A stretch of 64,000 bases of DNA, taken from assembly GCA_019750095.1 (NCBI GenBank), contig JAIEOW010000045.1, forward strand, positions 1 through 64,000. The letters are read 5' to 3'. The notes under the pieces are model-generated. The model saw nothing but the letters and a program-made list of their open reading frames with translations, searched no databases and was not told where the DNA came from. Each line of letters starts with the position of its first letter. Position 1 is the first letter of the stretch. Source of the DNA: Phycisphaerales bacterium (lineage in GTDB: Bacteria; Planctomycetota; Phycisphaerae; Phycisphaerales; UBA1924). Shown here one piece after another: positions 38,705-47,175 of the stretch. The position numbers and the translations under genes are program-made.

Positions 38705-40219
38705 ATGCCGACCCCCTCCCGCCCCGCCCCGACCACCCGAGCCAACGCCCCCCTCACCATGCCCTTCCGCGGCGTGCTCGACATGATCGGCAACACGCCG
38801 ATGCTCGAGCTCTCCAGGCTCGACACCGGGTCTCCCGACATCCGGCTCTTCGGCAAGATGGAGCTGATGAACCCGGCGGGGTCGATCAAAGACCGCATCG
38901 GGCTCGCGATGATCGAGGCCGCCGAGCGCGACGGGCGGCTCAATCCCAACGCCACGCCCACGCCGACGATCATCGAGGCGACCGCGGGCAACACGGGCCT
39001 GGCCCTCGCGCTCGTCGGCAAGCAGCGTGGCTACCACATCAAGTTCGTCATGCCCGACAAGATGTCGCAGGAGAAGATCCAGCACCTGCGGGCGATGGGC
39101 GCCGAGGTGATCCTCACCCGCTCCGACGTCGAGAAGGGCCACCCCGAGTATTACCAGGACATGGCGGCCGCGCTTGCCAAGACCATCCCGAACTCGCTCT
39201 ACGTGAACCAGTTCGGCAACCTCGACAACCCCAAGGCGCACTACGACACCACGGGCCCGGAGATCTGGAAGCAGATGGAGCCCGTCGGCGGCATCGACGC
39301 GTTCGTCTGCGGCGTCGGCTCCGGCGGCACGCTCTCGGGCGTGGGCAAGTTCCTGCGCGAGAAGAACCCCGCGTGCAAGCTGATCCTGGCCGACCCGGCG
39401 GGCAGCATCCTCACGCCGCTGGTGAACGAGGGCAAGGTGGTCAAGCCCGGCTCGTGGCTGGTCGAGGGCATGGGCGAAGACTTTGTGCCCGACATCTGCG
39501 ATCTCAAGCTCGTCAGCGAGGCGATCGCCGTCACCGACGCCGAGGCCTTCTTCGCCGCGCGTGAACTGCTGGCCAAGGAGGGCATCCTCAGCGGCTCCAG
39601 CACCGGGTGCATTCTCTCCGCCGCGCTGACCTATTGCCGCAAGATGGCGGCCCACAAGAAGGTTGGAGGGGGGGGCCCCATGAACGTCGTCACGCTCATC
39701 TGCGACAGCGGGGCCAAGTACCTGTCCAAGATGTTCAACGACTTCTGGATGATCGACAACGGCTTCATCAAGCGGGAAAAGACCGACGACCTCCGCGACC
39801 TCATCGCCCGCCGCCACGACTTCAACGAGGACCACACCCTCCGCGAGACCGACCCGGTGCGCAACGTCATCAAGCGCATGGGCATGTACGGCGTCAGCCA
39901 GATGGTCGTGAAGGACGAGTCCGGCAAGGTCTCGGGCATCGTCGACGAGGGCGACATCCTGCTCGCGGTGAACATCGACGGCGGGGGCCGGGGGGGCGAC
40001 GAGAAACACCCGGGCGAGGGCGGCGCGTTCGACCGCCCCGTGAGCGACTTCATGACCCGCCGCCTCGAGACCATCCGCCCCGAAGCCCCGGTCAGCGCAC
40101 TCATGCCCATCTTCCGCGCCGACCGCGTCGCGATCGTCGTCGACAAGCAGGGCACGTACTTCGGGCTGATCACCAAGTTCGACATGATCAACTACCTGCG
40201 CTCGCAGCTGGTGCGGTGA
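38705..40219 (+). CDS. Cystathionine beta-synthase (PLP-dependent CysK-like domain plus a tandem CBS pair)
   Basis: GNTPMLEL, the lysine motif SIKDRIG and GNTGLALA; C-terminal CBS domains; contains G8 and G7 homopolymer tracts. Confidence 0.85.
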   Translation: MPTPSRPAPTTRANAPLTMPFRGVLDMIGNTPMLELSRLDTGSPDIRLFGKMELMNPAGSIKDRIGLAMIEAAERDGRLNPNATPTPTIIEATAGNTGLALALVGKQRGYHIKFVMPDKMSQEKIQHLRAMGAEVILTRSDVEKGHPEYYQDMAAALAKTIPNSLYVNQFGNLDNPKAHYDTTGPEIWKQMEPVGGIDAFVCGVGSGGTLSGVGKFLREKNPACKLILADPAGSILTPLVNEGKVVKPGSWLVEGMGEDFVPDICDLKLVSEAIAVTDAEAFFAARELLAKEGILSGSSTGCILSAALTYCRKMAAHKKVGGGGPMNVVTLICDSGAKYLSKMFNDFWMIDNGFIKREKTDDLRDLIARRHDFNEDHTLRETDPVRNVIKRMGMYGVSQMVVKDESGKVSGIVDEGDILLAVNIDGGGRGGDEKHPGEGGAFDRPVSDFMTRRLETIRPEAPVSALMPIFRADRVAIVVDKQGTYFGLITKFDMINYLRSQLVR

Positions 40220-40239
40220 GATTGGAACGCGAAGTTCGC

Positions 40240-41040
40240 GAAGTTCTCGAAGGAAGGCCTGAACGCGGAGACGATGCAGGAGGGGCGGAGGGACGCGGAG
40301 AGATGGCTTTGGGTTCGAGGCATTGAGGCAGGGAATCAAGGCAGGAACGCGGAGGAGATGCGGGAGGGGCGGAGGAGCGCGGAGGGATGGCGTTGGGTTT
40401 GAGGCATTGATTCAGGGGATCTAGGCATCAACGCAGAGGAGAGGCAGGAGACGCAGAGGAACGCAGAGAGATGGCCTTGGGTTTGAGGCATTGAGGCGGG
40501 GGATCGAGGCGGGAACGCGGAGGGGATGCGGGAGGGGCGGAGGAGCGCGGAGAGATGGCTTTGGGTTTGAGGCAGTGAGGCGGGGGATGAAGGCATTCAC
40601 GCAGAGGAGAGGCAGGAGACGCGGAGCAACGCAGAGAGATGGCCTTGGATTCAAGCCAAATGCATTGAAGTCATCGATTCCTTGGCTCAAACCAAAACGC
40701 CTCCCTCCGCGTCCCTCCGCCCCTCCCGTCTCGCCTCTGCGTTCCTGCCTTGAACCCAACGCCATCCCTCCGCGTCCCTCCCCCCCTCCTGCATCTCCTC
40801 CGCGTTCCCGCCTTGAACCCAACGCCATCTCTCCGCGTCCCTCCCCCCTCCTGCATCTCCTCCAAGTTCCTGCCTTGAACCCAACGCCATCCCTCCGCGT
40901 CCCTCCGCCCCTCCCGTCTCGCCTCCGCGTTCCTGCCTTGAACCCAACACCATCTCTCCGCGTCCCTCCCCCCCTCCGCGTTCCTGCCTCCCTTCGCGTC
41001 CATCGCGCCCTTCGCGTTTCCATCTCCTCCACCGTTCCAT
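40240..41040. repeat. Palindromic tandem repeat array: about 5 direct copies of an approximately 84-bp unit, then about 5 copies in reverse-complement orientation
   Basis: Units end in GATGGCNTTGGGTTTGAGGCA; the forward block is 40254-40650, the symmetry centre is about 40655-40680, and the inverted block is 40690-41040. Confidence 0.8.
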
Positions 41041-41046
41041 CCCGCA

Positions 41047-41240
41047 CAGGAACAACCGACTCGGGCCACGGAACAGCTCGCCCGGACCTTGGCACCTTTC
41101 ACTCGCGCCCAGCAACGGCTCAACCGTTCCACGCACCGGCTCGGCCGTGCCGAGGCACCGCCCACCCGTTCCGAGGCACGGCTCGATCGTCCCCTGGAAC
41201 ACCTCGACCGTTCCCAGGAACGGCTCTCCCGTTCCCGAGC
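41047..41240. repeat. Tandem array of about 8 copies of a 21-bp unit containing the inverted motif GGAAC-N7-GTTCC, immediately upstream of the 41278 gene
   Basis: Recurring ggctcNNccgttccNaggcac units, e.g. AGGAACGGCTCTCCCGTTCC. Confidence 0.7.
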
Positions 41241-41277
41241 GCTTCAGTGCCCCGCTTGCTGAGCCGATACCCGCGGC

Positions 41278-41970
41278 ATGCCCGACTACATCCCCCGCTC
41301 CGACGCCGAGTACGCCGCGTACATGCAGCACTTTGTGCCCGCGCTGGACTATTGGTGGAGCCGGCAGGGCCTTGATCCCGGCACGCTCGACGAGCTGCTC
41401 TACGCCGCCGGCGACTTTGACGCCGCCTACGCCGCGCACATCGCGCAACAGGCCGCCGCCGAGGGCGCCCGCCACGCCAAAGACGCCGCCCGCGCCCGCC
41501 TGACCGCCGCCGTGCGGCCGCTGGTCAGCTTCGTGCAGAGCTACCCCGCAACGACCGACGCCGCGCGGGCCGAACTGGGCATCACCATCCGCCCCCCAAA
41601 GGGCACGCCCGCCCGCACGCCGTCGTCGCGCCCGCTCGCGCTGGTGGAGAGCGGGCAGCGGCTCACGCACCAACTGCGGCTGGTGGATGAGTCCACGCCG
41701 ACCCGCCGCGCCCGGCCCGCGGGCGTGCTCGGGGCCGAGGTGTGGGTGAAACTCGTCGCCCCCCCCAATGCGGACACCCCCGCGCCGACCGACCCCGCCC
41801 GTGATCCAAGTAGTTTCACGTTCCTGACCATGACCACCCGCCCGAGTTTCCGCGCCGAGTTCAAGGCGGGCGAGGGCGGAAAAACCGCCGTCTACATGGC
41901 CCGCTGGATCAACACACGCGGCGAAAAGGGGCCGTGGTCGGAGATCACGACGGCGACGGTGGCGGCGTAG
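41278..41970 (+). CDS. Hypothetical protein, paralog A of a pair flanking the RM gene
   Basis: 230 aa; shares the N-terminal M-x-DYIP, LGIT, TPTRRARPAGV and C-terminal RW..GE.GPWSE...AT.AA motifs with the 46090 gene; no family recognised. Confidence 0.5.
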   Translation: MPDYIPRSDAEYAAYMQHFVPALDYWWSRQGLDPGTLDELLYAAGDFDAAYAAHIAQQAAAEGARHAKDAARARLTAAVRPLVSFVQSYPATTDAARAELGITIRPPKGTPARTPSSRPLALVESGQRLTHQLRLVDESTPTRRARPAGVLGAEVWVKLVAPPNADTPAPTDPARDPSSFTFLTMTTRPSFRAEFKAGEGGKTAVYMARWINTRGEKGPWSEITTATVAA

Positions 41971-42030
41971 GGCATCGACACGCCGTCCGCAGGACCCGCT
42001 GCGCGGGAAAGACCGGCACCGATGTTTGTC

Positions 42031-42145
42031 GTCTTCGCCCCAACGGGGCGCAGGGATGTAGCCACGGGTGAAGCCCGCGCTTTGCGGGCGCAACCCGTGG
42101 AAAGCGTGTCCCCCGCGCGGGACTGCCCCGGAGGGGCAGAGGGGG
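42031..42145. repeat. Left inverted repeat flanking the RM gene (hairpin-containing)
   Basis: About 85% identical, in reverse complement, to 45780-45868 over about 78 bp; contains the stem CCACGGGT...ACCCGTGG. Confidence 0.7.
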
Positions 42146-42146
42146 C

Positions 42147-45100
42147 TTACTTGAGTGGGATCGTCTTCTTGGCGCAGGCGGCGTAGTTGGCGTTCAAGTC
42201 GTCGGCGAGTTCCAGCAGTGCGGCGATGCGGCGGACGATCTCCGAGACGTAGACCAACTCATCGCCGGTGAGCGGGCGACCGAGGATCGCCTTTTCCCGG
42301 TACGAAAGCCACTTGTTCACGACGGGATAACCGCCGAGCGTCAACGCCCACGCGTCATTGGGCACGTTGCGCCAACCGACGCGCTCGTTGATCCACACGT
42401 CCACCGCGCCTTCGGGATCGGCGTCGTTGGGCGTGACTTTGCCCTCGCGCATCGAGACGCGGCCCTGCTTGTCCACGCTCGCCCAACCGCCGTCCACGAT
42501 CATGTCCTCGTCCGGGTCGATCTGGCCGCCGCCGACCTTGAACGGCACCGCGAGCGAGCGGAGGGCGGCGCGAATCTTGCCCGACGTAACGCCTTCGACG
42601 GCCCGGCCCGGCATAAGCAGGTCCGCGACCAAACGGCCCAGCTTGGCGGAGGTGACGAGCGTCTTGGCTTCGGTCGGCACGGGCACGCGGGGCCAATCGA
42701 CGCGGAGGGCGTCGTGGTTCTGCTGGGCGTAGGCGGGCGCGGCGAGGGCGGCGATGCAGTGAAAGAACACCTCGTCGTTGTGGCTCAGTGCGGCATCGGT
42801 CCAGCCGTGGCCGTCCTTGGTGCGGCCCTTGACACCGTGCGCCTCGCAGATGCGTTCAAGCCACCTCTCTTCCACCCCCGGGCCGATGGATTCGCCCATG
42901 AGCGATTCGTGACGACGCCGCATCGGGAAGTAAGTCGCGTAGGGGTCGAAGAAGTAGTACGAGCCGATGTGCTCGGTGACGACTGGAATCGGGAACTCTT
43001 CGTGCCGGGGCTTCTGCGTACACGCGAGGAAAAGGTTTTCCGGGAAGGCGTTCTCGGCGAACTCGGGACGGCGGCGATGCACGAGCTTCAGCCTGTCCTC
43101 ATCAAACATGTAGCGAGTGTCGAAGGGTTGCCATGCGATAGGCACGACCTTCTTTGGATCGTACTTGAGCTTCTTGGCCTTTGCTTGGGCTCTGACGGAA
43201 GATGCCTCGTATCCCGCTTCGTCGGTCATCAAGTCGGCACAGGCTTCCGCAAGGTCCGCGTCCGACACGGACTTGTCGAAGTACGCCTTCATGCGTTCTT
43301 CCAGCGGTGCGCGGTCCATGTCCACCAGTGCCCGGCCCCGTCCCGGCTGCACGCCCTTGAACGATTCGCCGAGCAAGGCGGGCAAAGTGGGCCACACCAT
43401 CCACTGGGCCGATCGTCGGGTGGGAAGAAGCGACCAACGCCCCTCCAGCGTGGGCGCGGCCTCGCGCGGATTGCCCTCCTTGCGGTCTTTGACCGAAGCC
43501 AGAAGCCGCTCGCGGCGTTTCTCGGCGGACGCGTCGTCGAAATCGCGGAACTCGACGCGGGCCACCGTAGCGGTGCTGGCTTTCTTGTCTCCGGCTCCCT
43601 TCTTGACCATCGTGGCGATGGCGGTACCGATCCGGATACCGGGCGATGTGCCCCGCATGGCGAACACCGTCTCGCTGGCCGCGCCGTCCGGGGCACGCTC
43701 TTTGGCCTTGCGGTCGCCGTGGAGGTTGTCCACGTAGATGGTGTCGAACCCTTGGAGCAAGCGTTCGCGCATGAGGACGTGGGGGATGCCGTTGAGCCAC
43801 GAATAGTTGCTGATGTAGCACACGATGCCGCGCCGCCCCACATCGCCGATGCGCCGCTCGGCCAATCGGAAGAAGCGGATGTAGGGATCATCGAGCGTCT
43901 GCTTGCGGATGCCGAACCGCTCGTTCAGCCCTTCCTTGTACGGTCGGATCAAGTCGCCCTCTTCGTCAAGGGCCACGCCCTTGTTGCCCCGGTACGGCGG
44001 GTTGCCCAGGACCACGAGGATCGGCGCTTCCCGCTTGATCTTGGCGGCGCGGTCCTGCTCGTCTTGCAAGAACCCGAAGGCCAGCGTGCCTTTGGCCCCT
44101 TTGGGCGGCTCCCAACCCGTGAGCGCGTTGGTGAGGTAGACGCTTACCCGCTCATCCTTGCCGAGTTTGCCGCCGAGTCCGCGAAGCAGGATGCCGAGTT
44201 GCAGGTGCGCGACCACGTAGGGGGCGGTCAAAATCTCGAACCCGAAGACGCGCTCGCAGAGGGCTTTCTTCACCTTCGACACGGCGAGCGCGCCGTGCCC
44301 CTGATCGTCGAGCGTGGCGTGGATGCGGCGGGCCACTTCAAGCAGGAACGAGCCGGTACCGACGGCGGGATCAAGCACGAACACGCGGTCATCGGCCAAT
44401 CCGTCCTTGATGCCGAGTTCCGAGCGAAGCAGGTGGTCCACCCGTTCGACCATGTAGCGCACGATCTCCGGGGGCGTGTACCACACGCCCAGTTCTTCGC
44501 GGAGTTCGGGGTCGAACGCTTCAAGGAAGGGCTCGTAGAAGAGCGTGATGGCGTGGTCGGCGTCGAAAGACGCGAAGAACTCGGCGTGATTCACGCGGTT
44601 GAGGCTCGCGGCGGCCCATTCGAGCGTCTCCCGAAGGTCGAGGTCTTTGAGTCGCGTGGGCTTTGCGACTTCGTCAAAGAGGTTGGCGATCAGTGGCAAG
44701 TCCAAGTGCTCGGACGCGCGCCGCCAGTCGAACGCGGGCGGCTTCCTGCCCTTGGGCAGCCCGGCCTTCCAGAGCATCCAAGCCGAGAACAGGCCGTAGA
44801 ACAAGGTCTGGACGAGCGACGAGCGGAAAAACCGCATTCCCTGTTCGTCGGTGAAGGTCAACCCCAGCGTCCGCTCGAAGGCTTCCTGAAGGGGCTTCAA
44901 GTCGTCGATCGAGTGCCGACCGAGCCGGCGCTTGGCCTCGCGGGCGTGGCGGGCCAAGTCCGCCGCCAAGTCCTTGGGCTTGACGATGGGCGAAGGGCGA
45001 GCGAAGACGCCTTCGAGGTAGTCCGTCAGCCCCTGCTCGTGTTCCTCGGCGAGCTTGGCAGGCTTGGCCCTCCAGAAAGCCTCGGATGTCGCGCTCAGGC

Positions 45101-45500
45101 GATAGCGGGTTTCGACTTTGGCCTCGCCCGTCTCGGCATCGCGGGCGACGAACACGAACTCTCGAAAGTTGGTCACCAGCACGAAGCCGTAGCGCTTCCA
45201 ATACTTGGACACTTGGTCCCCGGAGGCGGTGTCATGAATGTTGTCCTTGGTGCCCTTGACCTCAACAACCAGCCGCAGATTCCCCGACTTCTTTTCGAAG
45301 ATGCCAAGGTCCGGCTGGCCCGCGCCCTCCTGCTTCAGCTCCATCGTCGCAAAGAGTTCCGGGTCGAAGTCCTCGCCTATTGCGGTAAGCAAGGCTTCGA
45401 GTTTGCTCTTGTAGGACTGCTCGGCCGTGGCCTTGCCGGTGCCGTGCACATCATGCAGGCCTTCTAAGTATGCAAGGACGGGTGATTTCTTCTTTGACAT
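42147..45500 (-). CDS. Type IIG (MmeI-family / Type IIL) restriction endonuclease fused to an N6-adenine DNA methyltransferase
   Basis: N-terminal PD-(D/E)xK-like region (DLGIFEKK...LVVEVKG ... FVLVTNFREF, compare MmeI YVLVCDFQRF); gamma-class methyltransferase motif I VLDPAVGTGSFLLEV and motif IV LGNPPYRGNKG; 1117 aa. Confidence 0.8.
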   Translation of the reverse strand: MSKKKSPVLAYLEGLHDVHGTGKATAEQSYKSKLEALLTAIGEDFDPELFATMELKQEGAGQPDLGIFEKKSGNLRLVVEVKGTKDNIHDTASGDQVSKYWKRYGFVLVTNFREFVFVARDAETGEAKVETRYRLSATSEAFWRAKPAKLAEEHEQGLTDYLEGVFARPSPIVKPKDLAADLARHAREAKRRLGRHSIDDLKPLQEAFERTLGLTFTDEQGMRFFRSSLVQTLFYGLFSAWMLWKAGLPKGRKPPAFDWRRASEHLDLPLIANLFDEVAKPTRLKDLDLRETLEWAAASLNRVNHAEFFASFDADHAITLFYEPFLEAFDPELREELGVWYTPPEIVRYMVERVDHLLRSELGIKDGLADDRVFVLDPAVGTGSFLLEVARRIHATLDDQGHGALAVSKVKKALCERVFGFEILTAPYVVAHLQLGILLRGLGGKLGKDERVSVYLTNALTGWEPPKGAKGTLAFGFLQDEQDRAAKIKREAPILVVLGNPPYRGNKGVALDEEGDLIRPYKEGLNERFGIRKQTLDDPYIRFFRLAERRIGDVGRRGIVCYISNYSWLNGIPHVLMRERLLQGFDTIYVDNLHGDRKAKERAPDGAASETVFAMRGTSPGIRIGTAIATMVKKGAGDKKASTATVARVEFRDFDDASAEKRRERLLASVKDRKEGNPREAAPTLEGRWSLLPTRRSAQWMVWPTLPALLGESFKGVQPGRGRALVDMDRAPLEERMKAYFDKSVSDADLAEACADLMTDEAGYEASSVRAQAKAKKLKYDPKKVVPIAWQPFDTRYMFDEDRLKLVHRRRPEFAENAFPENLFLACTQKPRHEEFPIPVVTEHIGSYYFFDPYATYFPMRRRHESLMGESIGPGVEERWLERICEAHGVKGRTKDGHGWTDAALSHNDEVFFHCIAALAAPAYAQQNHDALRVDWPRVPVPTEAKTLVTSAKLGRLVADLLMPGRAVEGVTSGKIRAALRSLAVPFKVGGGQIDPDEDMIVDGGWASVDKQGRVSMREGKVTPNDADPEGAVDVWINERVGWRNVPNDAWALTLGGYPVVNKWLSYREKAILGRPLTGDELVYVSEIVRRIAALLELADDLNANYAACAKKTIPLK

Positions 45501-45779
45501 CCTGTCTCCGAAGATTGAGGTTGGTTGGACGGCATTGTACGGTCAGTTCACCGCCAATGCCGGGGCTGCCGCCCCCGGCACCCCCGCTCAAGGCACTCGG
45601 AATGCACGACGATCGCGGCGGGCGGTTCTCTTCCGGGCAGGGAGAGGTGCGGAGAGGGCGGCACGCCCTCTCTGCATCAGCGCGACACAGTGACGGATAG
45701 GTTGGAAACCAGTCCCGGTTGAGCGGGTGTCGGTGGACGGGAGCTTCCTCCGCCCCTGCCGGGGCGGGTCGGGGTGATT

Positions 45780-45868
45780 CACGCTGTCCACGGGTTGCGC
45801 TGCGCTCCACCCGTGGCTACAGCCCGGCGCCCCTCCGGGGCGAAGAGTGAGCGGAGCGGGGCGAAGAG
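45780..45868. repeat. Right inverted repeat flanking the RM gene
   Basis: Reverse complement of 42031-42108; lies about 280 bp upstream of the RM start codon. Confidence 0.7.
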
Positions 45869-46089
45869 GCGCGGCGGTTCATCCTCATATATGTTCCGAC
45901 TCGGTGTGCTCTGTGTCTCTGTGGTGAAAATTCCTGGGGCCGGTGAAGTCGAGCATTTCTCTTGCCGACAAAACCGAAAGTGTCCTCCGCGTGCCGATTG
46001 ACGGCTTGGGTAGCGGCTTGACGCCCCAGCGCAGCGTGTGCAGGGCAGCACGAGCAAGCCGCCGAATCCATTGATGGAGACACTGAATC

Positions 46090-46749
46090 ATGGCTGACTA
46101 CATCCCCGGCCCCGATGCGTCGTTTCAGGCTTGGCAATCCAACTTTGTGACCTACGCCAACGCCAATCTCGCCGCGCTCGGGCTCACCGCGCCGGACATG
46201 GCCCCGATCACGGCCGCGCAGACCGCTTGGGCCACCGCCTTTCCGGCCCACGTCACCGCCGTCAACGCGGCCAAGGCCGCGAAACAGACCAAGGACGAGG
46301 CCCGGGCCGCGTATGTCGCGGTGATCCGGCCGCTCGTGCGCCGGCTGCAGGCGTCCGCCGTGGTGAGCGATGCAGAGAAGGCGTCGCTCGGCATCACCGT
46401 CGCGCAGGCCCCGACGCCCATCGGCGCGCCCACCACGGCCCCCATCTGCTCCATCGAGTGCGGCAACCGCCTCCAGCAGACCCTCCGCTTTGTCGACTCC
46501 GCCACGCCCACACGCAAGGCCAAGCCCGCGGGCGTCATGGGCGTCGAGATCTGGAACAAGGTCGGCACCACGCCCCCCGCTGGCGAGGCCGACCTCCGCT
46601 TCGTCGCCGTGGACACCAACGCGCCGTACGTCATGAACTTTGACTCCGCCGACGGCGGCAAGGTCAACTATGTCTGGATGCGATGGGTCAGCCCCACCGG
46701 CGAGCGCGGGCCGTGGAGCGAGCAGGCCCAGGCGACCATCGCGGCCTAA
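46090..46749 (+). CDS. Hypothetical protein, paralog B of the RM-flanking pair
   Basis: 219 aa; about 35-40% identical to the 41278 gene by manual alignment. Confidence 0.5.
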   Translation: MADYIPGPDASFQAWQSNFVTYANANLAALGLTAPDMAPITAAQTAWATAFPAHVTAVNAAKAAKQTKDEARAAYVAVIRPLVRRLQASAVVSDAEKASLGITVAQAPTPIGAPTTAPICSIECGNRLQQTLRFVDSATPTRKAKPAGVMGVEIWNKVGTTPPAGEADLRFVAVDTNAPYVMNFDSADGGKVNYVWMRWVSPTGERGPWSEQAQATIAA

Positions 46750-46834
46750 CGCCCCGATCATCGACAGCACATGCAGAACCTCCAACGGCCCCGGCACATG
46801 CTGGGGCCGTTGTGCTGCGCGACGGCAGGGGTGA

Positions 46835-47115
46835 TCGTTTCAAGGCTGGGTTTGAACGCGAACGGCGCGAAGGACTCGAAGGAAGGCAGGAACGCGAAGG
46901 GGGGGAGGGAGGTGCGGAGGAACGCGGAGGGAGGCGTGTGGGATCGAGCCAGAGAATCCCGGCCTTGAACCCAGGACCATCCCTCTGCGTTGCTCTGCGC
47001 CTCTTGTCTTTCCTCTGCGTGGATGCCTTGATCCCCCGCCTCGATGCCTCGAACCCAAGGCCATCTCTCCGCGCTTCTCCGCCCCCCTCCGCATCTCTCC
47101 GCGTTCCTGTCTTCC
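46835..47115. repeat. Second, shorter palindromic repeat array of the same 84-bp family (one forward unit, about 2 inverted units)
   Basis: GAAGGCAGGAACGCGAAGGGGGGGAGGGAGGTGCGGAGGAACGCGGAGGGAGGCG, then inverted copies CTTGAACCCAAGGCCATCTCTCCGCGC... Confidence 0.65.
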
Positions 47116-47175
47116 AAAGAGCCCATCGCGCGGTATGCTGCGGCATCGCTCGCGTCCGTCGCCCACATCAGGAGC

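Noticed and set aside
36995-40339. A 1114-aa ORF on the minus strand spanning the thioredoxin and CBS genes
   Set aside because: The plus-strand genes have clear family signatures (WCGPC and the PLP lysine motif). The antisense ORF is low-complexity R/G/A/D-rich and is a typical GC-rich shadow ORF.
40240-41040. Considered a CRISPR array
   Set aside because: The repeats are about 84 bp, directly abutting and without unique spacers. Half the array is in inverted orientation and no cas genes are nearby.
40491-41375. A 294-aa plus-strand ORF across the repeat array
   Set aside because: Its translation is a repeat-derived low-complexity string (RRG/PRPS repeats) with no start context. It was treated as non-coding repeat DNA.
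42714-45467. A 917-aa plus-strand ORF inside the RM gene
   Set aside because: It is antisense to a gene with strong MmeI-family and NPPY motifs. Its own translation is low-complexity.
41278-46749. Considered a diversity-generating retroelement (variable C-terminal domains in paralogs)
   Set aside because: There is no reverse transcriptase or template repeat in the window, and the divergence is spread along the whole proteins.
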